A stretch of 64,000 bases of DNA from Mobula hypostoma. Taxonomy: Eukaryota. Each line of letters begins with the position of its first letter. The first letter of the stretch is position 1. Positions 1 through 11,535 of this stretch are shown here, piece by piece. The notes beneath the pieces are model-generated. The model was not told the DNA's origin, did no database searches, and saw only the letters and a program-made list of their open reading frames with translations. Location of the stretch: positions 24,120,001 through 24,184,000 of the forward strand of contig NC_086097.1 of NCBI RefSeq assembly GCF_963921235.1. Direction: 5' to 3'. The translations under genes and the position numbers were made by a program.

Positions 1-1085
1 ACAGGAAAGATATTGGCATGGATAGCGAAATGGCTGACAGGCAGTAAGGAGTGTGTGGGAATAAAAGGGGTCTTTCCTGGCTGACTGCCAGTGACTAGTG
101 GTGTTCCTCAGGGGGTTAGTATTGGGCGCTCTACTTTTCACATGTTTTGTCAATTATTTAGATAATGGAATTGATGTTTTTATGGCAAAGTTTGCGGATG
201 ATAGAAGATAGGTGGAGGGGTAGGTAGTGCTGAGGAAGCAATGCGATTGCAGCAGGACTTAGACAAATTGGAAGGATGGGCAAAAAGTGGCAGATGGAAT
301 ACAGTATTGGGAAATATATTATCTAAATGGGGAGAAGGTTCAACCATCAGAGGTGCAGATGGACTTAGGAGTCCTCGTGCAAAACTCCCAGAAAGTTAAT
401 TTACAGGTTGAGTCTGTGATAAGGAAGGCAAATGCGATGTTGTCATTTATTTCGAGGGGAATAGAATATAACAGCAAAGAGAAAATGCTGAGCCTTTATA
501 AGACACTAGTCAGGCCGCACTTGGAGTATTGTCAACAGTTTTGGGCCCCATATCTCAGAAAGGATGTGCTGTCATTGGAGAGAGTCCAGAGCAGGTTCAC
601 GAGGATGATCCTGGGAATGAAGAGGTGAACATATGAGGGGCGTTTGGCAACTTTGGGCCTGTACTGACTGGAATTTAGAAGAATGTTGTGGGAGCCGGGA
701 TCTCATTGAAACCTACCGAATGTTGAAAGGACTAGATAAGGTGGATGTGGAGAGGATGTTTCCTATGGTGGGGGCATCCAGAACTAGAGCGTACAACCTC
801 AAAATTGAGGGGCAAACTTTTAGAACAGAGGTAAGGAGGACTTTCTTTTCCTTTTAGCCAGAGAGTAGTGAATGCGTGGAATGTTCTGCCACAGACTGCG
901 ATGGAGGCCAAGCCGTGGGTATATTTAACGCAGAAGTTGATCGCTTCCTGATCGGTCAGGGCATCAAAAGATATGGCTAGGAGGCAGGTGTATGGGTCTG
1001 AGTGGGATCCGGGATCAGCCATGATGAAATAGCGGAGCAAACTCGATGGGATGAAGGGCCTAATTCTGCTCTTATGGTATTACGG
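1..1085 (+). mobile_element. CR1 LINE, ORF2 RT C-terminal half plus 3' UTR, decayed (5' part outside window)
   Basis: GVPQG (~100) and KFADD (~188) motifs in DNA; ORF 287..628 has DLGVLV...LYKTLVRPHLEYCQQFWAP...LERVQSRFTRMI, typical of CR1 ORF2; frameshifts and stops present. Confidence 0.92.
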
Positions 1086-1124
1086 TCTGAAAAGCTGGTG
1101 GAACTCAAAAATGTCGGCAGCACC

Positions 1125-1575
1125 TATGCTGAGGACGAGGCCCTTCATCAGAACCTGTTGAAAGAGCTCGGCCCAAATCGACTGCTTGTTCTTCTACATT
1201 GATGCTGCCTGATCTGCTGAGTTCCTCCAGCGTTTTGTGTATGTTGCTCTGGGATTCCAGTAGCTGCTGAATCTCCTGTGTGTACAATGACAGGAGACAT
1301 AAGTGAACACAGTCATAATGATCAGCTGGCCGAGCAGCATCCGTGGAGGGGAAAGAACTGTCAATGTTTCGGGTGGACACCTTGCACAATGTCAGTGGGG
1401 ATTTATCGGCGTTATTGCTACCGTTACTATGCCGACTGAATTCTCTCAGTACATGATATCGACCTGAGACATCGAATGTCCATTTCCACCCGCAGATGCT
1501 GCCAGGCTCGCTGAGTTCCTCCAATTGTTTTCTTTTTTGCTCCGGATTTCTGGATCTGCATTCCCTTGTGCCTTT
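1125..1575. mobile_element. Decayed Penelope-derived terminal-repeat fragments in both orientations
   Basis: cccttcatcag and gatgctgcctgatctgctgagttcctccagc blocks match the repeat that follows the GIY-YIG remnant at 51130-51762. Confidence 0.7.
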
Positions 1576-1666
1576 GCAACGTTAACTCCGCTTCCCACTT
1601 CTAAAAATCTTGCTTGACCTGCTGACAGCGTTTTGCGTGTACTTTTACGGCATGATCGTTCTGTGA

Positions 1667-1667
<1 letters not shown>

Positions 1668-1740
<73 letters not shown>
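1668..1740. repeat. Compound (TG)n(AG)n microsatellite
   Basis: Seen directly; produces the VCVC/ERER run in ORF 1633..2067. Confidence 0.97.
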
Positions 1741-1743
<3 letters not shown>

Positions 1744-1769
1744 GGGTTTTTGCGGGACAGACGGCATTT

Positions 1770-1920
1770 GTATCAGCAGCTGGAAGGGAGATGGGAGAAA
1801 CAAGAATATCTGGGGTGGGTGGGGTCTTTGATTATGCCGGCAACTTTACTGAAGCAGAGTCTGTGGAGGGTAACTGGTTTCCGTGACAGGTTGAGCTGTG
1901 TCCACAACGCTTGGCTGTTT
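1770..1920 (-). mobile_element. Rex1/Babar LINE 3' ORF fragment
   Basis: ORF 1773..1967 contains KVAGIIKDPTHP...LPS, the Rex1 C-terminal motif. Confidence 0.75.
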
Positions 1921-2484
1921 CTTACTGTCACTTGCAGAGCAGTGACCATCCAATTAGTATGCTGCACCTATGTAAAAAAAAATGTACTTCTGATTGTGAT
2001 TATTACAGTTCTAATATCGGATACTCCGGAGCTGCAGTGCGATCACCCGAGTACGATGTTCTCCTAAGGGGTTGTCTATTGGTGGGTCCTCAGGTGGCTG
2101 TGGCTTTCAGGAGCCACATATTCTGGTGCACTGTTGGCAGGAGTAAATGGTGGCTGTGGTAATTGGTTGGTGTTAGCCGTCCATATGTCCTGAGCTATCC
2201 ATCGCAATTGGTATTGTTTGATCTTGGTGGATATGCTGCTTAAGTTAATGGTTAATGAACATCAACATGATGAACCGTTGGTCGTAAAAAACTTCGAATC
2301 AAAACTTCGCAAGACCATAGTGTGCTAGAGATGGGTGTTAAAATGACTAATTGATGACTAAAACGGGGCTACCTCGTCTCCTTTTAAATTCGTCAACGGC
2401 GCTGGCGTCTCAACAGCAGAGACTGAGCCAGGTACGATCCAAATTATTGACGGTATTCGTCGGCATCGTAACTATTACTAGATA

Positions 2485-2685
2485 AACACACACACACACA
2501 CACACTATGCTGGAGGAACGCAGCAGGTCAGGCAGTATCTCTGGAAAAGAAGAAAGAATCGACGTTTCGGGCCGAGACCCTTCATCAGGACTGGAGAGGA
2601 CGGGAGAAGAAGCCAGAAGGTGGGGCGGGGGAAGTAGTACAAGTTGGAAGGTGAAGTCAGGTGAGGGAGGAAGGTAGGTGGTTGG
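2485..2685 (-). mobile_element. Penelope-derived terminal repeat carrying the intact hammerhead motif
   Basis: Same block order (pyrimidine-rich tract, hammerhead, gatgctgcctgacctgctg tail) as the GIY-YIG-linked copies. Confidence 0.82.
2557..2592 (-). ncRNA. Minimal type I hammerhead ribozyme motif, core intact
   Basis: Minus strand reads aguc-CUGAUGA-a-gggu(cucg)gccc-GAAA-cg-UC-gauu: both conserved boxes, 4-bp stem II, palindromic ACGU at stem III, GUC triplet, 4-bp stem I with one GU pair. Activity untested. Confidence 0.78.
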
Positions 2686-3234
2686 GAGTACTATGACTAA
2701 CACGATTCAGCGGGCTTTGTAACCACATTATTAATATTGGCAAAAATATTCAGAAAAGCAGGAGGAACTCAATAGGCCGGGCCTCATCAGTGGAGGAAAA
2801 GGATAGACGTAGATGTCTGGTGCTGGGTGGTCGGGTCCAAGCTGTATCCACGCGGACTGAGCCCACCGGGCCGATCCCCGATCAGCGCGGTGCCTGCGAG
2901 CAACCATAAACCATAAAGTGCTGAGCTCCCGCTGTCTGGACCAGACCTCACCAAGATGAAAGCATTACCAGCACAAATAGTACTCCGGTTAAACTGAAGT
3001 CAGACTTACCCAGTTGTATAGTGATTGACTAATATAAGGTTATAGTTAAAATATTAATTAGTTAATGTTAGTAACGTAGACCCCAAACCGGTTAAATCGA
3101 ATCACTAGTAGTTACAGAGCAGACTGAATACTGTCAGTAATGCGGTTCAAATGTTAACTGGATGGTGTTAGCAACAGTTACCGTATGAATTGTTCGGTGT
3201 CAGTAATGCTGTCACAATACCGTCTGTAATATCA

Positions 3235-3750
3235 GAACATAAAACATTACAACACAGCACAGACCCATGATGTTGTGCCAACCTTTTCACCTACTCTACG
3301 ATCAATCTAACCCTTCCCTCCTACACAACCATTTTTCCAGTTTTCTCTCATCCATTTGCTAAGAGTTTATTAAATGCCCCTAATGTATCAGCCTCTACCA
3401 CTATCCCTGGCAGGGCGCTCCACGCACCCACGCTGGAAATAATATACTTCCGACTTCCCCCCTATACTTTCCTCCAATCTTAAAATTACGCTCCCTGATA
3501 TCAGCAATTTCTTCTCTGGGGAAAATATACCGCTGGCTGTCCACTGGATCTATGCTTCTTATCATCTATCAAGTCACCTCTCACCTTCCTTTTCTTCAAC
3601 AAGAAAACTCCCTAACTCGCTCAACCTGTCCTCTTCCCCAATCCGGGCAGCAAAGCGTAAATCTCCTCTGCACCCTCTCCACACCATTCCTATAACGAGG
3701 TGACCAGGACTGAACACAATTCCAAATGCGGTCTAAAACAGGTTTTAGTA
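3235..3750 (-). mobile_element. CR1 LINE 3' fragment
   Basis: Reverse strand gives RPHLE..CSVLVT; 3' UTR resembles other CR1 copies in the window. Confidence 0.8.
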
Positions 3751-3941
3751 ACAGTGTCAATTATAAGGTGTCTGTAATACAGGCACAAAGCTAATTGACT
3801 GGTGTCAATAATGAACTGTAAAAGTTGGCATATAATTATCCTGCCGATTGAATAGCTGGTACTCCTTCCCCGCCCTATTGAATATAAGCAGGAACACAAT
3901 TGTAGTCCTAATTGGTTAGTGCCTGTAATGTAGTCACGGTA

Positions 3942-4330
3942 ACACAAGAGATTCTGCAGATGCTGCAAATCCAGAGTAACACACACACACACCGCAGGGG
4001 GAACCCAGCAGATCAGGCATCGTCTACGGAAACGAGTAAAACAGTCGGTATTTCGGACCGAGACCCTTCGTTCATCAGGACTGGAAAGGAAGTGGGGAAA
4101 ACGCAGATTAAGAAGTTGGGTGGGAGGAGGGGAAAGGAGTAAATTCTAGAAGGTGAGGGGGTGGGTGGGCTTGCGGGGGAGGGATGAAGTTAGAAGCTGG
4201 GAGGTGACAGATGGAAAAGGTAAAGCGCGAAGAAGGAACCTTAAAGGAGAGGGCAGCGGACTATGGGAGAGCAGGGAAAAAGGGGCAGCGGAAAGAGGTG
4301 ATAGGCAGCTGAGGAGAGAATGGGGAATGG
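3942..4330 (-). mobile_element. Penelope-derived 3' region with degenerate hammerhead (4042-4083)
   Basis: cagtcggtatttcggaccgagacccttcgttcatcaggactg, with a 4-nt insertion and altered cleavage triplet. Confidence 0.78.
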
Positions 4331-4664
4331 ATCCTGAATACCGTTACCAGTGCATTTCATATACAAACTCAATGCTGTCAGTGACATCACTGAGCAAATT
4401 CTCGCAGAAATATAGTTAAAACGCCCAGAGATTCGATAACACGGTTCCAGTGACTCCTGAATACTATTCGGAATAGAATTAAAATGCAAAGTGAACGCGG
4501 TACCGAGTGAAGCGCGCCAGCATTACGGTTAAAATCCCACATTACAGTTAAAAAGCGAAATGAATTACCGATAGACAGAGCAGCCTTTAATACATATTGA
4601 ATAGTGGAAGTAGAGATACAACGATGCTTGAATATCAGTAGTAGTGTTACCACTCGAGACAAGT

Positions 4665-5005
4665 ACGATTTGAGGGGCTATTCCCTTATGGAGAGTGTCA
4701 GTGAGTGGGGAGGCTGATGTACAGGCAGCCGCCATACAGTACACGACACATCGAGGCCAGGAGTCCGTGACACGGAATGCGATATGTCCCGGGACCCTCC
4801 ACTGCCATTGTGATGTGTCATCACCTTCCACCAACTCCACGGCTGAAGTCTTGGTTGGATCGCTTCCTGTCCGGGTCCTCCCACTTGACCTTACCACTAT
4901 GGGTCACCGTCCGAGGAGCTAAGCTCCAGACGGCATCGCGTTGGGGATCTCAGGTACGCGCAAGCCCCTCCACCACGACAAGGTGACGATCCTCGGAGGA
5001 GGCTT
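4665..5005 (-). mobile_element. Probable RTE-clade LINE 5' leader fragment
   Basis: Minus strand caccttgtcgtggtggaggggcttgcg...gatccc...ggtaaggtcaag resembles RTE-type 5' UTRs as I recall them; GC-rich insert within the AT-rich 34-bp array; related piece at 17815-17975. Confidence 0.55.
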
Positions 5006-5434
5006 GAATATTATCAGTAGAACAGTTGCAATGCCAACTGGCGACTGCCAGGCTTAGCAGTTACAATGCTGATTGGGAAGGGTCAGTAATAGTTACACTG
5101 GCAATTGAATCGTGCCGGCAATACGAAATATCGTGCTGATAGTGTGATTTAATAGTGCTAGTTATACCGTTGTAATTCAAGCTAAATCCCGGCAGTTGTA
5201 GTTACACGCTAGCTGAAGACTCTCAGTGATACGGTGATAATGCCTGCTCATAATTTCAGTAAAAATTCAGACCCGATGAAATCTGTAACACGTTTGCAAT
5301 GATGTAATAGTTATAATGTTCACTGACTTGTATTAATATTTCCAATGCGATGTGGAGTCAGTTAGTCACAATGCTGGCTGAATATTTGAGTCATACAGTT
5401 CCATTACTGATTTAATCGTGGCAGTAATCTTTCC

Positions 5435-5530
5435 TACTTAAGCGGCCCCTTGGGGCGGGAGGACAGCCTACCACCATTCCACTTCTGTGGGTTGTGAGCT
5501 GGCTGATAAGGTCCATGTGGGAGCCAGGTG
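5435..5530 (-). mobile_element. RTE LINE extreme 3' fragment
   Basis: Minus strand translates to a decayed SH(I)GLISH(L)xTH-type C-terminal motif (HMDLISQLTTHR). Confidence 0.5.
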
Positions 5531-5559
5531 CAAGATATGCTTGACAGGGCAAATGGATC

Positions 5560-6000
5560 TTGGAATTAGAATTGGAATTGGTTTAGTGTTGTCACATGTG
5601 CCGAGATATAGTGAAAACATTTGCGTTGCATGCCATCCTGGCAGATCATACCATACACGAGTACAGCAAGGTAGTGAAAATAAAGAAAACAGAATGCAAA
5701 ATACAGTGCTGGTTACAGAAAGAAGCCAGCACAGGCAGACTAATAAAGTGCAAGGGCCACTGCAAGATAGGTTTGGAGATAGGAGATGTCTACATCAGTC
5801 TGATAACAGCGGGATAGCAGCTGTCCTTGAGTCTGGTGGTGTGTGCCTTCTGGCTGATGGGAGGGAGGTGAAGTGAGAAAGTCTGGGGTGCAAGGGGTCC
5901 TGGATTATGTAAACTATTTGCCCAAGGCAGTGGGAAGTATAGATAGAGTTGGCGGAAGGGATTCTGGTTTGTGTGATGTACTGGGCTGCATCCTAGTGCC
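5560..6000 (-). mobile_element. Rex1/Babar 3' end
   Basis: Short tandem tail (ggaattagaattggaattgg) and decayed HP..LP motif on the minus strand. Confidence 0.6.
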
Positions 6001-6573
6001 ATTTGCAATGAACCTGTGAATGTTTGTGTTGAGGAATACACAAGGGTTCCACTGTCTTCCTAAATGCTCTTTCATTCTGAGCAAACATAGAGCAAGAACT
6101 CCAAAGAATTGACTGCGAAGTTGTACTTTCGTTAAGGAAGTCCTGGGAACTTTCTTAAAATTGGCTGTGCACCCTGTAATTGGTTACCTTGACAGGGCTC
6201 AGAATAGAATATCTGTTTAGGAATCTTATATCGCATTCAGGCTGACTGATTGTAATTGGATCCTTGAGGCTGGAGTTGTGGCTTGGGAGATGTGACAGAT
6301 CCAGCTTCTTTCATCATGCCAGTAGCAAGTTTTGTCGGTAGTACCCATTCAGCTGTTTTGGGTCTCCACTAAAGAGAGTCCATCTGAAACATACACTGGA
6401 AAGAATCAAAGCTGCCAGGCAGATCTTAACTCTTATTTTAACCAGTTCTTGATCTTCAAACTCTTTTCCTCGGATGACTAATGAGATTTCTGATACCTGT
6501 GCTGACTGGAAGGTTGTTCTCTGAGGTATGAGAAATAGTCCATTTTTTCCAGGTCACATTATAGACCAGTAAT

Positions 6574-6823
6574 GATAGCAACTTTCCACAGGGGCACAAT
6601 TGAGAGCATCCTGACTGGCTGCATTACTGCCTGGTATGGGAACTGTACCTCCCTTAATCACAGGATTCTGCAGAGAGTGGTGCAGACAGCCCAGCACATG
6701 TGCTGGGCTGTCTGCACCACTCTCTGCAGAATCCTGTGATTAAGGGAGGTACAGTTCCCATACCAGGCAGTAATGCAGCCAGTCAGGATGCTCTCAATTG
6801 TGCCCCTGTGGAAAGTTGCTATC
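6574..6823. repeat. Perfect 250-bp palindrome (125-bp arms, no spacer, centre 6698/6699)
   Basis: gatagcaactttcc...cagcaca|tgtgctg...ggaaagttgctatc; arms compared base by base with no mismatch seen. Confidence 0.95.
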
Positions 6824-7170
6824 TTGAACTTCCCATGATTCAGGACATTTACAAAGACAGGTGTGAGAAAAAGGCCCGAAGGATCATTGGGGACCTGGGT
6901 CACCCCAATCACAATCTAATCCAGTGCTACCATCCAGGAAATGGTACTGCATCATAAAAGCTAGGACCAACAAGCTCCAGGACAGCTTCTTCCACCAGGC
7001 CATCAGACTGATTAACTCACACTGATTTGAGTGTATTTTATGTTACATTGACTGTTCTATTTATTATAAATTACTATGATTGCATATTGCACATTTAGAT
7101 GATGATGTAATGTAAAGATTTTTACTCCTCATGTATGTGAAGTTGTAAGAAATAAAGTCAATTCAATTCA
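6574..7170 (+). mobile_element. Rex1/Babar 3' fragment interrupted by an inverted duplication of its own 5' 125 bp
   Basis: TIESILTGCITAWYGNC...QRVVQTAQH before 6698; ELPMIQDIYKDRC..KARRIIGD.GHP after 6824; aataaagtcaattcaattca tail. Confidence 0.88.
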
Positions 7171-7189
7171 AGGGAGAAACATTATGTAG

Positions 7190-8530
7190 TAAAGACAGGT
7201 GTACTGAGGAACATTGGTTTGCACAGGTTAAAGACTATATCCTACCATTAGATGAGCATGTCAATGATGACTTGAAGCTCAACACCTAATTCATCATCTG
7301 GATAGTGTAGCTAAGTGACCAACATCATGTAATCTTGATTCTGCGGTGAAGTTGAATGGTTTCCTGTTCTCGTAGGAAGCCTCTTGGAGGTGAGGTCTGA
7401 CATTGCAGTGGGACACAGTGTTGGAGTGATGATTGATCTGTTCTTGACACTGAGGCGCACTGACCGTGGGTCCATTGAGGGTTGTGGCCTGCTCACTGAT
7501 GAGGGGCAGATGAGGGGTAGCTGATGAGAGGCAGAGGCAAGTTCCAGCGGGCAGCTGGGTTTGAGCTTGGTTTCTCAACTGATGGATCTAAAGGTTATTG
7601 TGAGGTACATGTGAGGTTTTTCATTTCTTCTGGTGCTGTGATATAATGGTCGTCATGTTTGTTGTAAGGTGGATGGAATCCGCTGTGATTTTGGGAACAG
7701 GTCTTCTGCCACCATGCGGAGGTCTTTGAGGAAACTCTTAGAATGACATTCCCAAGATACATTCAGCCACAGGGAAGGATCACAGTAAGGGGTTCTTCCA
7801 CTATTGGACAGGGAAAGGCCGAGTTGGGTGATGAATCGTCTCAGTTACTTTAGTCGTGTACCACCCACCGGGGGCACATGAATGGCAAAAGTCCTATTAA
7901 TTTTAAGAACGCAACTTGCATTGACCATGAATGTAAGAATGAAAGCCATTACATGGTTTATTCTTGTAAGTACCTTTTTATTATTGAATAAAGTTTATAC
8001 TGATATAGAAAATCATCCCTGTAGCAGACAGCAGGGAGACCACATTATAGTTAATTGGATTTATCTTGAATTTGGTCACAACTCTGCCATCTCTGAGCTC
8101 CCCTGACACTTCCTCTTCACCCTGATATGGAGCATGATGTGAATTTGTCACTGAAGTTCCTCTCCACCAATTCTAGGAACTTCAGCAGAGATTCTCCTCC
8201 CAAGGCCTTGCTGTTTCTTGGTTGACATGTGACCTTATTTCAGCTTGGACTGGTTGTAAGCCCAGACCAGACAGGACATGAAGACACAGTCATTCATTTC
8301 AAGATTGAGGAGTTCCCTGGTGTTCCTTCCAGCGAGGAAGGAATAGGATCTACCTGCTTCTCAATCAAAAATGAGAACTCTTGTCAGTTCTTAACTGTAA
8401 GTGTGATGCCCCCTTGGGTGTTTGGGGTGTAGGTGGTCTTGACAATACTGAAGAAGCAATTGTGCCAACATTATTAGTGAGATACTGGATCTCCTGCTTT
8501 TTCCCACCTCCAGCTGTTACTTAATGTTAC
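7190..8530 (-). mobile_element. Highly decayed LINE body, probably RTE clade (endonuclease to RT region)
   Basis: Remnant motifs only, e.g. PRS...H..DHI near 7650-7720 on the minus strand; no intact ORF. Confidence 0.4.
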
Positions 8531-8859
8531 AGATTTTCTGCTGGAGAGTTCCTTAATAGTACAATGCGTACTGAGCATTGCCGGTAGTACAGATGTAGTA
8601 GCTATTGGCTAGTGAAAGGACTGTAATTTCAAATGATGTTTTGATGAAGGGTCTCAGCCCAAAACACGGCTCTTTATTCTTTTCCATAGATGTTGCCTGA
8701 GCTGCTGAGCTACTCCAGCATTTTGTGTGTGTTGGTCTGCAATTTCAAAACTTGTTTAACTATTTCAGTTATAGTGACCATGTCACATGTATAGTATCAG
8801 TAATACAATCTGAAAGCAACATAATTAGAAAGCTGATTGTGGTATGTCGGTAATGCAGA

Positions 8860-9390
8860 TGCAGGGCTAATTGTACCTCCCTGATAAAGAAGGCACGGCA
8901 GACCCTCCACTTCCTAAGAAGAATGAGTCAGGCAAGGCTACCCCACCCCCCCCAAATCTTAATTGCGTTCTACAGGAGCACCATTAAGAACCTCCTGACA
9001 AGCTGCATCTCTATCTGGTATGGGAGCAGTCAAGCATCAGACCAGAAGTCCCTACAAGAGACTGTGAGAAAGAATGAGAGGATCACAGGGGTCTCCCTAC
9101 TATCTATCAGGGACATTTATCAGGAGCACTGCATATGCAGAGGCCTTAGTACTATTAAGGATCCCACCCATCCATCCAGCATCCTCTTTGACTTGCTACC
9201 ATCAGGATGAGAAAGAGTTTCTTTCCCCAGGCTGTTAGGCTTCTGAACTCCCTGCTGCGAAGTGTCACTGGTTAAACTGTTCTGTACCTTACCATATTTA
9301 ATATTATGTGTCGTTCCTATATATCATATATGGTTACATACGTTATATACATGTATAAGTTAATTGACAATAAACTTGACTTGACTTGAG
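8860..9390 (+). mobile_element. Rex1/Babar 3' fragment
   Basis: ORF 8923..9210 FYRSTI..LLTSCISIWYGS...IKDPTHPS..LF.LLPSG; aataaacttgacttgacttga tail. Confidence 0.85.
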
Positions 9391-9636
9391 CAACACACAC
9401 AAAATGCTGGGGGACCTCAGCAGGCCAAGGCAGCATCTATGGAAAAGAGTATAGTCAACATCTTGGACCAAGACCCTTCATCAGGACTGGAGAAATCAAG
9501 TCCTGATGAAGGGTCTCGGTGTGAAATGTTGACTGTACTCTTTTCCACAGATGCTGCCTACCTTGTTGAGTTCCTCCAGCATTTCGCGTGTATTGTTTGG
9601 ATTTCCAGCATCTGCAGATTTTTTCACTTGTGGTTT
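9391..9636. mobile_element. Fold-back pair of Penelope terminal repeats with two opposed hammerhead motifs
   Basis: Arm 9391-9488 is an imperfect reverse complement of arm 9499-9595 (cccttcatcaggact / agtcctgatgaaggg), with a 10-nt spacer. Confidence 0.85.
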
Positions 9637-10669
9637 GACTTGACTTGTACAGGGTTAGTGATATTTGTATCGCGCAGGGATTTATAGTTACAATAATGAC
9701 AGGATCTTGCCATTAATACAGAAATAATTCTTACTGATAGTTACAATGTTGACTGAAATGTATCAGTAATAAAGTTTTGATGCTGTTTGAATAGTGTCTG
9801 TAATATTGCAAAAATGCAGATGTAATAATGCCTGTAATACTACAATAATGATTAAATAGACCTGATTGCTCAAATAATGGTCACAATGCAGACTGATTGT
9901 TGTCTATAATGTTCCAGTTCCAGTACTATAGTTTCAGAACTGATCTAAGTGTTAGTAATGCATTTACATTGCTTGTTGCACAGAGTGAATGTTGCTAATA
10001 CAGATACAGTTAAGAATCGGATTGAATTGTGCTTGTAATGCTGCTAAACATTGAGAGAATATCCAGTGATACAATTACAATGCCGAGTGAATATGCGGCG
10101 GTAATAATCCCTTATCTGGTCAGTCATACAGAGACAATGCTAGTTAAATAGAGTCAGTTTCAATGCTGGCTGCCAGTATTACAGTTACATTGCTGAATAA
10201 ATAGTGTCAGTAATGGCGTTAAAATGCTGAGGAAATATCACCAGAGCTGCAGTTCCAATTTAAAGTTAAAGTTAATGTCTGTCCCGAGTCTTTTGAACCT
10301 GCAGTTCCAATGCAGATTAATAATGTCAATAATACAGCTGCAATGCAAACTGAATGTGGTCAGTAATTCTTTCTGAATGCTGACTGAATGGTGGTATTGA
10401 TACAGTGATGATGACATTGCTCTGGAGCTACAGTGTGTAAACTGATCATACAGACTCTGTACCACAGTTTCAATGTCTTACTTGTTACAGCACAGAAAGA
10501 GGCCATTGAGTCATCACATTCATGCTGGCATCCAACAGTAGAATCCTATTTCTCCTTATATCTCTGTAACCCCGTAACTTTATTTTTCAATTGCCTGCCT
10601 ACTTACTTATGCTTCCTTTGTCATCTATCTACACAAAGGGATAATTTAGAAATATTAACTATATTTGTC

Positions 10670-10975
10670 ACAAGTATATTGAAACATCAAAACATATAGT
10701 GAAATGCGTGATTTTTAGTCAATGACCCACACAGTCTGAGGATCGTGCTGGGGGCAGCCTGCAAGTGTCACCACAGTCTCAGCACCAACAGCTCACTAAC
10801 CCTAACTCTGACCGGCTTTGGAATGTGGGAGGAAACCGGAGCACGGAGAGGAAACCCACACGGTTACCGGGAGAGTGTACAAACTTCTTACAGACAGCGG
10901 CAGGAATCGGAAACCTGATCGTCGATCGCTGGCACTGTCAAGCGATGCACTGTCATTACACTATCCTGCCACACC
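10670..10975 (-). mobile_element. V-domain SINE (HE1-like)
   Basis: tttggaatgtgggaggaaaccggagcac...ggaaacccac...gggagagtgtacaaact is the reverse complement of the V-SINE central domain. Confidence 0.78.
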
Positions 10976-11029
10976 AGACTTTTCTGCTCGCCCACGCACC
11001 GTGGACAATTTAGAGCAGCCAAAAGATTT

Positions 11030-11535
11030 TGGGTGAAAGGGGGGAGATTTGAAAGGGACCCAAGGCTTCCTCATGCAGAGGCTGGCGAGAAGATGGAATG
11101 AGCCGCCTGGGGAAGTGGCTGAAGCAGGTATTTTAGATACTTGGATCGATACAGTATATGGAAGGATGTGGATATGGGCTGATCACAGGAAATTGGGACT
11201 GGCTGGATGAGCGCTGTGGTCTGCATGGACTGATACCATAAGATAGAGGAGCAGAATTAGGCCATTTTGTCCATCAAGTCTGATCTGCCATTTCATCATG
11301 ACTGATCCATTTTCCTTCTCAGCCCCATTCTCCTGCCTTCTCCGCTTACCCCTTCATCCTCCAACCAACCGAGAATCTATCTGCCTTAAATATACCCAAT
11401 GACCTGGACTCCACTGCTGTCGATGGCAAAGAATTCCACAGATTCACCATTCTCTGGCTAAAAAAAATTCTTCCTCATCTCCATTCTAAAAGGACTTCCC
11501 TCTATTCCGAGGCTGTGTCCTCTGGTCCTAGCCTG
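11030..11535. mobile_element. Two CR1 3' ends meeting tail-to-tail near 11235
   Basis: + strand CR1 UTR followed by accataagata..ggagcagaattaggccat, the reverse CR1 terminus. Confidence 0.7.

Noticed and set aside
1633..2067. ER-repeat protein ORF
   Set aside because: Translation of a (TG)n(AG)n microsatellite plus antisense Rex1
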